A DNA stretch of 64,000 nt. It comes from Acidimicrobiales bacterium (lineage in GTDB: Bacteria; Actinomycetota; Acidimicrobiia; Acidimicrobiales; CADCSY01). Location of the stretch: contig DATLFP010000009.1 of NCBI GenBank assembly GCA_035540955.1, positions 845-64,844 on the forward strand, in the 5' to 3' direction. Under the pieces are notes generated by a model that made no database searches, was not told where the DNA came from, and saw nothing but the letters and a program-made list of their open reading frames with translations. Positions 42,693-52,087 of the stretch are shown here, piece after piece; position 1 is the first letter of the stretch; every line of letters begins with the position of its first letter. Position numbers and translations under genes: made by a program.

Positions 42693-44468
42693 ATGAGGAT
42701 TGGCGCCGACACGGGCGGAACGTTCACCGACGTGGTCGCCGACGACGGCTCCATCGCCAAGGTGCCATCGACGCCCGATGACCCCGGCGGCGCGGTGCGC
42801 AGCGCCGTCGCCGTGCTCGGCCGCGACGCGAGCCTGCTGGCGCACGGCACGACGGTGGCGACGAACGCCCTGCTCGAGCGCAAGGGCGCGACGGTCGCGC
42901 TGGTGACGACGCAGGGGCTGGCCGACGTGATCGAGATCGGCAGGCAGGACCGTCCCTCCCTCTACGACGGCGACCGGCGGCGTCCCGAGCCCCTTGTGTC
43001 GCGCGCCCGCCGCGTCGAGATCGGCGGGCGGCTCGACGCCACCGGCGCCGAGCTGGAACCGGTCGACGGCGACGCCCCCGACGTCGGTGACGCCGACGCC
43101 GTCGCCGTGTGCCTGCTGCACGCCGACCTGAACGACGCCCACGAGGTTGCGGTGGCCGGCGCGCTCCGGGCCGCCGGTCACGACGTCACCTGCTCCTCGG
43201 AGGTGGCGCCCGAGATGCGGGAGTACGAGCGGACCGTCACGACGGTCGTCAACGCGTACCTCCGGCCCGGCTGCCGCGACTACCTGCGAGGGCTGCACGA
43301 CGCCGCCGGCGAGGTGCTCGTCATGACGTCGGCCGGAGGACTCGTGCCGATCAAGCGAGGCGCCGAGGTGCCGGCCGCCCTGCTGTTGTCGGGACCGGCC
43401 GGCGGCGTGCAGGCGGCGGCGGCGGTCGCCGTCGCCTGCGGGTTCCCGGACGCGGTCACCTTCGACATGGGCGGCACGTCGACCGACGTGTGCCTGGTCC
43501 TCGATGGCGCTCCGGCGCCCGCCGCCGAGCGGTTCGTGGCCGGCTTCCCCGTGCGACTTCCGTCGCTCGACATCCACACGATCGGCGCCGGCGGTGGCTC
43601 GATCGCCCGGGTCGACGCCGGCGGCGCGCTCCGCGTCGGGCCGGAGTCGGCGGGGGCGGTGCCGGGGCCCGCCTGCTACGGCCGGGGTGGCGAGGCAGCG
43701 ACGGTCACCGACGCCGACCTCGTCGCCGGCAGGATCCCCGCCGGCGCCGCGTTCCCGGGGATCGGACGGCTCGACGTCGAGCGCGCTCGGGCCGCCCTCG
43801 AGCAAGCGGGCGTCAGCGCCGAGGGCGTCATCGCCGTCGTCGACGCCGAGATGGAGCGGGCCATCCGAACCGTGACCGTCGAGCGGGGTGTCGACCCGCG
43901 ACCGCTTGCCCTCGTGGCGTTCGGCGGGGCCGGACCGCTGCACGCCTGCGCGCTGGCCGACGCCATCGGGATGGCGGTGGTGATCGTGCCGCCCCGGGCC
44001 GGCGTGCTGTCGGCGGTCGGCCTGCTGTGCTCGCCGGTGCAGCGCGACCTCGTGCGGTCGTGGCCCGTCCCGTCCGACCACCAGGGGCTCGACGACGCCC
44101 ACGTCGCACTGGCGGTGCAGGCGTCGCGCGAGGTGGGCGGCGGGGCCACCGTCGAGCTGTCGCTCGACTGCCGGTACGCGGGCCAGAGCCACGAGCTCAC
44201 CGTCGCCGAGCTCGGGGACTTCGAGGACGAGCACCGGCGCCGCAACGGCTACACGCGGCCGGGCGCGCCCATCGAGGTGGTGGCCCTGCGGGCGCGGGCA
44301 ACTGTTGCCGCGCCGCTCGAGGTGACCGGCCTGCCGGCGCCGGCGAGGGCGCGTGTCGAGGGCCCGGCCGTCGCGGCCGAGGAGGACTGCACAGTGTGGG
44401 TGCCCGACGGCTGGGTGGCCGAGCCGGGGGAGGTGGGGGCGTGGATCCTGCGTCGCTCCAGGTCCTGA
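42693..44468 (+). CDS. hyuA: hydantoinase/oxoprolinase family protein, A subunit type
   Basis: 591 aa with MRIGADTGGTFTDVV, GTTVATNALLERKG and the FDMGGTSTDV motifs. Confidence 0.9.
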   Translation: MRIGADTGGTFTDVVADDGSIAKVPSTPDDPGGAVRSAVAVLGRDASLLAHGTTVATNALLERKGATVALVTTQGLADVIEIGRQDRPSLYDGDRRRPEPLVSRARRVEIGGRLDATGAELEPVDGDAPDVGDADAVAVCLLHADLNDAHEVAVAGALRAAGHDVTCSSEVAPEMREYERTVTTVVNAYLRPGCRDYLRGLHDAAGEVLVMTSAGGLVPIKRGAEVPAALLLSGPAGGVQAAAAVAVACGFPDAVTFDMGGTSTDVCLVLDGAPAPAAERFVAGFPVRLPSLDIHTIGAGGGSIARVDAGGALRVGPESAGAVPGPACYGRGGEAATVTDADLVAGRIPAGAAFPGIGRLDVERARAALEQAGVSAEGVIAVVDAEMERAIRTVTVERGVDPRPLALVAFGGAGPLHACALADAIGMAVVIVPPRAGVLSAVGLLCSPVQRDLVRSWPVPSDHQGLDDAHVALAVQASREVGGGATVELSLDCRYAGQSHELTVAELGDFEDEHRRRNGYTRPGAPIEVVALRARATVAAPLEVTGLPAPARARVEGPAVAAEEDCTVWVPDGWVAEPGEVGAWILRRSRS

Positions 44469-45982
44469 TCTCCCGGCTCACGGGGATCGCCGAGGAGATG
44501 GGTGCCGTGCTCCGGCGGGCCGCGTACTCGCCCAACATCAAGGAGCGGGCCGACTGCTCGGCGGCGGTGTTCACCGCTGATGGGGAGCTGCTCGTGCAGG
44601 CCGAGCACATCCCCGTGCACCTCGGGTCGATGCCGGCGTCGGTCATGGCCGCCATCGACGCGTTCGGCGACGACCTCGGTCCCGGCGAGCAGGTCGTGCT
44701 CAACGACCCGTTCGCCGGCGGGACCCACCTCAACGACGTCACGTTGGTGATGCCGGTGTTCGTCGGCGACCGGCGCATCGGGTGGGTGGCGAACCGCGCC
44801 CATCACGCCGACGTCGGCGGGATGACGCCGGGCTCCATCCCGCCCGACGCCACCGAGATCCAGCAGGAGGGGCTGCGGCTGCCGCCGGTGCGACTGTCGC
44901 GCGACGTCGCGGAGATCTTCGTGGCCGCGTCGCGCACGCCCGACGAGCGACGGGGCGATCTCGACGCCCAGGTCGGCGCCAACGTGCTCGGCGCCGAGCG
45001 GCTGGCGGCGTTCGCCGGCGCACCGTTGCAGGAGATCGTCGACTACGGCGAGCGGCGCATGCGGGCGGCACTGGCGGCGCTGCCCGACGGCACGTGGCGC
45101 TTCGCCGACGTGCTCGACTCGAGTGGCCCTGCGCCCGCGCAGCAGCGGCCCTCGACCATCCGCCTGGCGCTCACGATCGAGGGCGAGCGGGCCACGTTCG
45201 ACTTCACCGGCACCGACGCGCAGCGGCGGGGGAACGTGAACGCCGTCGAAGCGGTGACGGTGAGCGGCGTCGCCTACGCCCTCCGCTCGGCGTCCGACCC
45301 GACGATCCCCGCCAACGGCGGCGCGATGCGGCCGGTGACGGTGGTGGCGCCGCCGGGAACCGTCGTGGCCGCCGTGCCGCCGGCCGCCGTCGGCGCCGGC
45401 AACGTCGAGGTCAGCCAGCGGGTGGCCGACGTGTGCCTGGGGGCGCTGGCGCAGGTGAGCGATCGGGTGGGTGCCGCCGACCAGGGGACGATGAACAACG
45501 TGCTGATCGGCGGGGCCGCCTCCGTGGCGAACGGTCAGCAGGGCTTCGTCTACTACGAGACGATCGGCGGCGGGCAGGGCGGCCGGCCGTCGGGACCGGG
45601 CATGTCCGGCGTGCACACCGGGATGACGAACACCCGGAACACGCCGATCGAGGCGTTCGAGCGGGCCTTCCCGATGCGGGTGCTGCGCTACCGGCTCCGG
45701 CAGGGGAGCGGCGGTGCCGGTGCGTCGCCGGGTGGCGAGGGGATCGAGCGGGATGTGCTGATGCTCGAGGACGTCACCGTGTCGCTCATCACCGAGCGGC
45801 GGGTGTCGCAGCCATGGGGTCTGGCCGGCGGCGACCCCGGGGCGGTGGGTGAGAACTGGCTGCTGCCCGGCGGCGACGAGTCACGGGCCGAGCGCTTGCC
45901 GGCCAAGTGCACGCTGCCGCTGCGCGCCGGCGATGTCCTGCGCATGCGCACCCCGGGCGGCGGCGGTTGGGGCCGAGCATGA
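44441..45982 (+). CDS. hyuB: hydantoinase B/oxoprolinase family protein
   Basis: GTG 44441, preceded by GGAGGTG. It has SPNIKERADCSAAVF, NDPFAGGTHLNDV and the C-terminal GGGGWG. It overlaps hyuA by 28 nt. Confidence 0.85.
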   Translation: MDPASLQVLISRLTGIAEEMGAVLRRAAYSPNIKERADCSAAVFTADGELLVQAEHIPVHLGSMPASVMAAIDAFGDDLGPGEQVVLNDPFAGGTHLNDVTLVMPVFVGDRRIGWVANRAHHADVGGMTPGSIPPDATEIQQEGLRLPPVRLSRDVAEIFVAASRTPDERRGDLDAQVGANVLGAERLAAFAGAPLQEIVDYGERRMRAALAALPDGTWRFADVLDSSGPAPAQQRPSTIRLALTIEGERATFDFTGTDAQRRGNVNAVEAVTVSGVAYALRSASDPTIPANGGAMRPVTVVAPPGTVVAAVPPAAVGAGNVEVSQRVADVCLGALAQVSDRVGAADQGTMNNVLIGGAASVANGQQGFVYYETIGGGQGGRPSGPGMSGVHTGMTNTRNTPIEAFERAFPMRVLRYRLRQGSGGAGASPGGEGIERDVLMLEDVTVSLITERRVSQPWGLAGGDPGAVGENWLLPGGDESRAERLPAKCTLPLRAGDVLRMRTPGGGGWGRA

Positions 45983-46057
45983 CTTCCACCGGTGCCGCTC
46001 GGCGGGCCGGCCGGTGGGCGAAGCGCCCGCGGCGGCATCGCCGCGCCCAGGACCGCC

Positions 46058-46453
46058 TCAGCTGACGCCGAGGGCCTGACGCCAGAGGTGGGTGTCGGTG
46101 TAGGTGCGGAAGCCGGTGATCTTGCCGTCCGATCCGAAGTGCCACACGTGCACGAAGTCGGCGTTGAGCTCGACGCCGGTCTCCTTGCCGGTGCCCTTGT
46201 AGACCCCGATGCCGCACACGACGTCGCCGCCGTCGGCGATCTCGTTGGGCACCACGGCAAAGCCATCGAGCATGCTCATGACCGCCCCAAAGATGTTCTC
46301 GGCAACGGCCTGGGGCCCGACCTGGTTCTCGAAGGGCAGTGACTCGGGCTCCTGCCAGTCGATCTTGTCGTCCATCGCTCCGAGCACGGTCGCGACGTCG
46401 CCGGTGCCGAACGCCTCGTAGAGCTTGCGGATCGTGTCTGCGTTGCTTCCCAT
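46058..46453 (-). CDS. SnoaL-like / NTF2-fold protein
   Basis: 131 aa. The N-terminal IRKLYEAFGTGDVATVLGAM and the alpha+beta cone pattern are typical of the family. Confidence 0.7.
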   Translation of the reverse strand: MGSNADTIRKLYEAFGTGDVATVLGAMDDKIDWQEPESLPFENQVGPQAVAENIFGAVMSMLDGFAVVPNEIADGGDVVCGIGVYKGTGKETGVELNADFVHVWHFGSDGKITGFRTYTDTHLWRQALGVS

Positions 46454-46650
46454 CGGGTCGCCCTTCTGTTTGCCCCGGCGGTCGCCGGCAGCGCGCCGAC
46501 GCTACGCCCCTGCCCGCCGATCCGTGCGTCGGCATCACGAACTGGTGCAAAGGGGTGAGGTGCTGCTGCGTGGCGCGGCCCCCGCGTCGGCTCGAGCGCC
46601 GCGGTCTGTGAAGGCTCAACCCGGCGGTCCTTCGGTCCGATCGATGCACG

Positions 46651-47163
46651 GTGGGTCCTCTCCTCGATGCCGTGGCGGCGCTGACCGGGTCAGGCTTCCG
46701 GCGGGCGCGACCCGAGCCGGCATCGGTGCGTCGGGTCGCGACGACACCGTGGCGCTCGGTGGGCATCGCCGCCATGGCGGTGAACGGAGCGCTGCTGCTC
46801 GCGGCCGGGTGGTACTTCGTCGGCGCGCTCCTCATCTTGCTGAGCGACGATCTCCTCATCGGCCTCACGGTGCTGGTGGCGCCGATCGTGCTGATGGGCA
46901 TCGGCCTCTGCCTCACCGGCGTCGGATGGACCATCGCTGCCATCCGCAAGCTGCTGCTGCGTGATCCCGCGGCGCGATGGGACCTGGCCGGCATGGGCGC
47001 CGTCGGCCTCCTCGCCGGGGTCTGGCTGACCGCGACGATCGACGCGCGCCTGATCGTGGCGGTGATCTCGTCGGCCGCGGCGCTCGTCGTCGCGGTCGCA
47101 CCGGCCGCGTGGCGCCCCGCCCCGCCGCGCCACGCGTTCACCTCGGTGGCCGCTGAGCGCTGA
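46651..47163 (+). CDS. hypothetical multi-pass membrane protein
   Basis: 170 aa (GTG start) with 4 predicted hydrophobic helices. No family assigned. The start is uncertain. Confidence 0.5.
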   Translation: MGPLLDAVAALTGSGFRRARPEPASVRRVATTPWRSVGIAAMAVNGALLLAAGWYFVGALLILLSDDLLIGLTVLVAPIVLMGIGLCLTGVGWTIAAIRKLLLRDPAARWDLAGMGAVGLLAGVWLTATIDARLIVAVISSAAALVVAVAPAAWRPAPPRHAFTSVAAER

Positions 47164-47164
47164 C

Positions 47165-47222
47165 CGCCGTTCTGGGACCGATTGGGCCGGACCGGCGTAC
47201 CGGATCGGTCCCAGAACGGCGG
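47165..47222. repeat. palindromic element copy C (58 bp), intergenic
   Basis: CCGCCGTTCTGGGACCGAT ... ATCGGTCCCAGAACGGCGG, perfect 19-nt arms. It begins 2 nt after the stop at 47163. Confidence 0.9.
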
Positions 47223-47299
47223 AGGGGAGGGTCGGAAGCCCGTCGTCGGGCCCGGAACTGATCGGGCATCGGCCGCCGCGACCGCCATGATGGGCGACC

Positions 47300-48268
47300 G
47301 TGGCCGTCGCCTCCTCCGCCTCCCCCTCGTCGTCTTCGCGGCTGTCGGCGGCCGGCGAGCGCCGGCCCCTCGTCCTCATCTGCATCGGGATCGTGCTGTT
47401 CAGCATCGGCCCCGTCATGTTCCAGAGCGCCGACTCCTCGGGCCAGGTCATTGCCTTCTGGCGCCTGCTGTTCGGCGTCGGGATCCTCGGGACCATCTCC
47501 CTCATCCACATCGGGGTCACCGGCCGCCGCCCGAGCCTCGTCGGCTGGCTGTGGTCGATCCGGTGCGGGGTCATGTTCGTCGCCAACCAGCTGTTCTTCC
47601 TCGCCGCCCTGCACGCCACCTCGGTCGTCGACGTCACCCTGATGCAGGTCCTCCAGCCCGTCCTCGTGGCGGTGCTGGCGGTGCCGATGTTCGGGGAGCG
47701 ACCGGGCGCGCAGTTCCGGGTGTGGTCGGCGGTGGCGGTGGCCGGCGCCGCCGCCGTGGCGCTGTTCGGCTCGGCCGGGCCCGAGGGCGATCCCGTCGGC
47801 ATGGCGTGCGCGGTGGCGTCGATCGTGCTCTTCGCCATCTACTTCGTGTGGTCGAAGCAGGCTCGGGAGCACATCGACACCTGGCCGTTCCTCTTCGGCG
47901 TCTCGGCCACCGGGCTGGTCGTGGTGGCGGCGTCGTTCCTGGTCACCGGCGGCGGCCCGGGCGAGGTGACCCGCCACGACATCTGGCTCGCCCTCGCCAT
48001 CGCCGCCCTCCCCGGCGCCATCGGGCACTTCGTGTCGACGTGGCCGCTGCGGTGGGTCCCCGCCAACGTGCCGCCCCTCCTGCAGCTCGCCATCCCGTTC
48101 CTCGCCAGCGCCCTCGCCTGGCTGCTGCTCGGCGAGGTGATCGAGCTCGGTCACGTCCTGGGCGGGGCCATCACCATCGTCGGCGTGGTGGGCGCCATCC
48201 GGTCGCCCGCCGGCCGCCGGCTCGTGGCCCGGGAGGAGGCGGTCCTCACCACGCAGGCCGCCGACTGA
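47300..48268 (+). CDS. DMT-superfamily (EamA-like) transporter
   Basis: 322 aa with ~10 hydrophobic helices in two EamA-like repeats. GTG start. Confidence 0.8.
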   Translation: MAVASSASPSSSSRLSAAGERRPLVLICIGIVLFSIGPVMFQSADSSGQVIAFWRLLFGVGILGTISLIHIGVTGRRPSLVGWLWSIRCGVMFVANQLFFLAALHATSVVDVTLMQVLQPVLVAVLAVPMFGERPGAQFRVWSAVAVAGAAAVALFGSAGPEGDPVGMACAVASIVLFAIYFVWSKQAREHIDTWPFLFGVSATGLVVVAASFLVTGGGPGEVTRHDIWLALAIAALPGAIGHFVSTWPLRWVPANVPPLLQLAIPFLASALAWLLLGEVIELGHVLGGAITIVGVVGAIRSPAGRRLVAREEAVLTTQAAD

Positions 48269-48269
48269 A

Positions 48270-48287
48270 ACTGACATCCGTGTCAGT
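48270..48287. promoter_or_regulatory. palindrome ACTGACA-tccg-TGTCAGT between the transporter stop and the SDR promoter
   Basis: A 7-bp perfect inverted repeat in an AT-richer spacer. It ends 6 nt before the candidate -10 box at 48294. It could be a short terminator or an operator. Confidence 0.25.
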
Positions 48288-48293
48288 CGCGAA

Positions 48294-48299
48294 TACGGT
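48294..48299 (+). promoter_or_regulatory. candidate -10 box TACGGT, 8 nt upstream of ATG 48308
   Basis: The sequence reads TACGGT-gcccgacc-ATG. No SD is present. Confidence 0.3.
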
Positions 48300-48307
48300 G
48301 CCCGACC

Positions 48308-49072
48308 ATGGAGATCAAGGGTTCTGCCGCGCTCATCTCGGGTGGCGCCTCCGGCCTCGGTGAGGCGACCGCCCGGGTCCTCGCCGCCGCCGGCGCCACC
48401 GTCGTCCTCGCCGACCTCAACGCCGAGAAGGGCAAGGCCCTGGCCGACGAGCTGGGTGGCGTGTTCGTCGAGACCAACGTGGCCGACGAGGAGTCGGTGG
48501 CGGCCGCCGTCACCGCCGCCGTCGACACCGGCCAGCCGCTGCGCATGGGGATCAGCTGCGCCGGCATCGGCTGGGCGTCGCGCATCATCGGGCGCGACGG
48601 CACGCCCCACGATCTCGGCATCTACAAGAAGGTGGTCGAGGTCAACCAGATCGGCACCTTCAACGTCATGCGCCACGCGGCGTCGGCGATCAGCAAGACC
48701 GAGCCGCTGGCCGACGGGGAGCGGGGCGTGCTGGTCAACACCGCGTCGGTCGCCGCCTTCGACGGTCAGATCGGCCAGATCAGCTACTCGGCGTCGAAGG
48801 GGGCGGTGGTCGGCATGACGCTGCCGGCGGCGCGCGACCTCGCCCCGGTCGGCATCCGCGTGTGCACGATCGCCCCCGGCCTGTTCGACACGCCCCTGCT
48901 CGGCCAGCTGCCGCCCGACCAGCGTCAGGCGCTGGCCAAGGACGTCGTGTTCCCGAAGCGTCTCGGTCAGCCCGAGGAGTACGCCAAGCTCGTGAAGGCG
49001 ATCGTCGAGATCAGCTACTTCAACGCCGAGGTGTTCCGCCTCGACGGCGGGCTCCGCATGCCCCCGAAGTAG
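48308..49072 (+). CDS. SDR-family 3-hydroxyacyl-CoA dehydrogenase type 2-like oxidoreductase
   Basis: 254 aa with GGASGLG (TGxxxGxG) and the [12 protein letters not shown] catalytic Y-x3-K. Confidence 0.9.
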   Translation: MEIKGSAALISGGASGLGEATARVLAAAGATVVLADLNAEKGKALADELGGVFVETNVADEESVAAAVTAAVDTGQPLRMGISCAGIGWASRIIGRDGTPHDLGIYKKVVEVNQIGTFNVMRHAASAISKTEPLADGERGVLVNTASVAAFDGQIGQISYSASKGAVVGMTLPAARDLAPVGIRVCTIAPGLFDTPLLGQLPPDQRQALAKDVVFPKRLGQPEEYAKLVKAIVEISYFNAEVFRLDGGLRMPPK

Positions 49073-49101
49073 TTCGGCGCCCTTCGGGGTACCGCGGGTG
49101 C

Positions 49102-49311
49102 ATGGCTGAGCAGAGCGAGAAGATCACCGACGCCACCAAGGAGGCCGAGCGGCGGGATGCCGCCGCGGTTGCCGGCGCCCCCCAGGTGCCGACCGCCGAG
49201 GAGGCGGAGGCCGCCGACCGCAAGGGCGGGGCCGACCCGGCCGCCGCCAAGGCCTACGAGGAGTACCTCGACGACGCCAAGGACCAGAAGGGCGAGGGCC
49301 GCATCCCCTGA
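49102..49311 (+). CDS. small acidic hypothetical protein
   Basis: 69 aa from ATG 49102 (MAEQSEKITDATKEAERR...). G/C-rich third positions. No family recognised. Confidence 0.4.
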   Translation: MAEQSEKITDATKEAERRDAAAVAGAPQVPTAEEAEAADRKGGADPAAAKAYEEYLDDAKDQKGEGRIP

Positions 49312-49376
49312 GTCCCGTTCGGGCGGTGCAATCGCCGAGCGGCGCGGCGAGTTCACCGCCCAAACGAGGCGTTCGT

Positions 49377-49382
49377 TAGGTT
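49377..49382 (+). promoter_or_regulatory. candidate -10 box TAGGTT, 7 nt upstream of ATG 49390
   Basis: The sequence reads TAGGTT-cagcgcc-ATG. Confidence 0.3.
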
Positions 49383-49389
49383 CAGCGCC

Positions 49390-51108
49390 ATGGCGATGGC
49401 GATGTCGATCGAAGACGCCCACGCGCAGCTCACGGCGCCGGGGCAGATGTTCGAGATGGAGACCGTCGAGGTCGGCGGCCACCCCATCCGCACCTGGAAG
49501 AACGCCCCGTCGAGCCTGCGGGCGGTCCTCGAGCAGAGCCGGGCCCGGGGCGACCTCGGGTTCCTCGTCTACGAGGACGAGACCCTCACCTTCGACCAGC
49601 ACTTCCGTGCCGCCGCCCACCTCGCCACCATCCTGCGCGACCGCTACGGCGTGGAGAAGGGCGACCGCGTGGCCATCGCCATGCGCAACTTCCCCGAGTG
49701 GTCGGTGGCGTTCTGGGCGGCCGCCGCAGTCGGGGCCGTCGTCGTCCCACTGAACGCGTGGTGGACGGCGCCCGAGCTCGTCTACGGGTTCGAGGACTCC
49801 GGCTCCAAGGTCGTGTTCCTCGACGAGGAGCGGGCCGAGCGGCTGCGCGACGACCTGCCGGCGCTCGGTCTGGCCGGTGCCATCGTCGCGAAGGCCACCG
49901 GCGAGCTCGGCCCCGGGCTGGAGCGGTGGGAGGACGTCCTTGGTGAGGTGCCAGCCGACGCCGATGTGACGCTGCCCGCTGTCGACCTCGGACCCGACGA
50001 CCTCGCCACGATCTTCTACACCTCGGGCACCACCGGGAGGCCCAAGGGCGCCCTCGGCACCCATCGCAACATCTGCTCGAACCTGCTGTCGCTGGTGTTC
50101 GCCAACGCCCGGCGGGGGTTGCGCACCGACAAGCCGGCGGCGCCCGACGCCGACCCCGGCGCCCAGAACACCTACCTGCTGTCGGTGCCGTTCTTCCACG
50201 CCACCGGCTGCCACTCGGTGCTCGTGGCCAACCTCGCGTTCGGCGGGAAGATCGTGATCATGCACAAGTGGGACCCCGAGCGGGCGCTCGAGCTGATCGA
50301 GCGGGAGCGGGTCACCACCTTCGGGGGCGTGCCGGCGATGGTGTGGCAGGTGCTCGAGTCGCCGTCGTTCGACAAGCGCGACACGTCGTCGGTGAAGAGC
50401 ATCGGCTACGGGGGCGCGCCGGCGCCCCCCGAGCTGGTCCGCCGGATCGAAGCGATGTTTCCCGGCCGGTCACCGAGCAACGGCTACGGGCTCACCGAGA
50501 CGTCGTCGGTCACGACGATGAACGCCGGCGACGACTACCTGGCCAAGCCCGACAGCGTGGGCGTGCCGGTGGCGGTGTGCGAGGTGAAGGTCGTGGACCC
50601 CGACGGCAACGAGGTGCCCACCGGCGAGGTGGGCGAGCTGTGGATCCGGGGCCCGAACGTGGTCAAGGGCTACTGGAACAAGCCGGAGGCGACGGCGGCG
50701 GCGTTCGGCGACGGCTGGTTCCGCTCCGGTGACGGCGCCCGCGTCGACGAGGAGGGCTTCGTCTACATCGTCGACCGCATCAAGGACATGGTGATCCGCG
50801 GCGGGGAGAACGTGTACTGCGCCGAGGTGGAGGCCGCCATCTTCGAGCACCCGGAGGTGAGCGACGTCGCCGTGATCGGCGTGCCCCATCACACCCTCGG
50901 GGAGGAGGTCGGCGCCGTGGTCCTCCGCACGCCGGGCTCGTCCCTCACCGCCGAGGCGCTGCAGGCGCACGTGCGGGAGCGGCTGGCGGCGTTCAAGGTC
51001 CCGGCGCACGTGTTCTTCCGCGACGACGCCCTGCCCCGCAACCCCCAGGGCAAGGTCCTCAAGCGCGAGCTCAAGGACGAGCTGCTCCCGCCGCCGACGA
51101 CCACCTGA
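49390..51108 (+). CDS. AMP-dependent acyl-CoA synthetase/ligase
   Basis: 572 aa with the AMP-binding motif IFYTSGTTGRPKGA, GYGLTETS and the VDRIKDMVIRGGENVY..PRNPQGKVLKRELK C-terminus. Confidence 0.9.
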   Translation: MAMAMSIEDAHAQLTAPGQMFEMETVEVGGHPIRTWKNAPSSLRAVLEQSRARGDLGFLVYEDETLTFDQHFRAAAHLATILRDRYGVEKGDRVAIAMRNFPEWSVAFWAAAAVGAVVVPLNAWWTAPELVYGFEDSGSKVVFLDEERAERLRDDLPALGLAGAIVAKATGELGPGLERWEDVLGEVPADADVTLPAVDLGPDDLATIFYTSGTTGRPKGALGTHRNICSNLLSLVFANARRGLRTDKPAAPDADPGAQNTYLLSVPFFHATGCHSVLVANLAFGGKIVIMHKWDPERALELIERERVTTFGGVPAMVWQVLESPSFDKRDTSSVKSIGYGGAPAPPELVRRIEAMFPGRSPSNGYGLTETSSVTTMNAGDDYLAKPDSVGVPVAVCEVKVVDPDGNEVPTGEVGELWIRGPNVVKGYWNKPEATAAAFGDGWFRSGDGARVDEEGFVYIVDRIKDMVIRGGENVYCAEVEAAIFEHPEVSDVAVIGVPHHTLGEEVGAVVLRTPGSSLTAEALQAHVRERLAAFKVPAHVFFRDDALPRNPQGKVLKRELKDELLPPPTTT

Positions 51109-51124
51109 CCCCAGGAACCGCGCC

Positions 51125-51183
51125 ATCACGAACCTTGTCGCGCTCGCCGCTTTCCGGCGGGTCAGCGCGACAAGGTTCGTGAT
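51125..51183. terminator. bidirectional terminator candidate: perfect 20-bp inverted repeat between convergent genes
   Basis: ATCACGAACCTTGTCGCGCT-(19 nt containing CGCCG-ctttc-CGGCG)-AGCGCGACAAGGTTCGTGAT. It ends 1 nt before the TAG of the minus-strand gene. Confidence 0.6.
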
Positions 51184-52065
51184 CTAGCGGCCGAGGAGGG
51201 CGCGGAGGGCGGACTCGAGCGTGGGGTGGGTCGGTTCGAAGCCCGACTCGGTGAGCCGGTGCGGCACGGCCCGGATGCTGTCGTCGAGCAGCGTCTCGGC
51301 GAGCTCGGACCCGAGGAGGAGCTTCGGGCCGAACGAGGGCGTGGGCAGGATCGCCGGGCGGCGCAGCACCCGGCCGATCGTCTTCGCCTGCTCCTGGTTC
51401 CGCACCGGGTTCGGCGCCACGAGGTTGAACGGGCCCCGGAGGTCGTTGGCGAGCAGGTGCATCGTCGCCCGCACGTGATCGTCGAGGGTGATCCACGGGA
51501 CCCACTGGCGCCCGCTGCCCATCCGCCCGCCGAGGCCGAGCTTGAACAGGGGCAGCATCTTCTTGAGGGCCCCGCCCTTGGGGGTGAGCACGATGCCGGT
51601 GCGCAGGAGCGCGACGCGGGCCCCGGCGTCGGCCGCCGGCTGCGTCGCCGCCTCCCACTCGACGCACAGCTCGGGCAGGAAGCCGGTTCCCGGTCCCTCG
51701 TCCTCGGTGAGGACGTCGTCGCCGCGGTCGCCGTAGAAGTGGATGCCCGAGCCCGACAGCAGCACGGGCACGCCGGCCGCCGCCACCGCCGCCGCCACCG
51801 CGGCCGTCCCCTCGAGTCGCGAGTCGCGGATCCTGGACTTCTGCTCCGGCGTCCAGCGCTTCTCGGCGATGCCCTCGCCGGCGAGGTGGACGACGGCGTC
51901 GACGCCGGTGAGGTCGAGGCCGTCCATGGCGATCTCGTCCGGGCCCGCCGGCGCCCGCCGCACCACCGGCCGCACCCGGTGCCCGGCCGATCGGAGGGCG
52001 GCGCCCAGCGCGGTGCCGATGAGCCCGCTGGAACCCGTGATGGCGACAGTGATGGGTTCGGTCAT
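51184..52065 (-). CDS. TIGR01777-type NAD-dependent epimerase/dehydratase family protein (YfcH-like, with DUF1731 C-terminus)
   Basis: Start MTEPITVAITGSSGLIGTAL at 52065. The track ORF extends to 52191. The GxxGxxG Rossmann motif and the C-terminal segment are typical. Confidence 0.85.
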   Translation of the reverse strand: MTEPITVAITGSSGLIGTALGAALRSAGHRVRPVVRRAPAGPDEIAMDGLDLTGVDAVVHLAGEGIAEKRWTPEQKSRIRDSRLEGTAAVAAAVAAAGVPVLLSGSGIHFYGDRGDDVLTEDEGPGTGFLPELCVEWEAATQPAADAGARVALLRTGIVLTPKGGALKKMLPLFKLGLGGRMGSGRQWVPWITLDDHVRATMHLLANDLRGPFNLVAPNPVRNQEQAKTIGRVLRRPAILPTPSFGPKLLLGSELAETLLDDSIRAVPHRLTESGFEPTHPTLESALRALLGR

Positions 52066-52087
52066 GCGTCCGCGAGAATGCCTGCCC

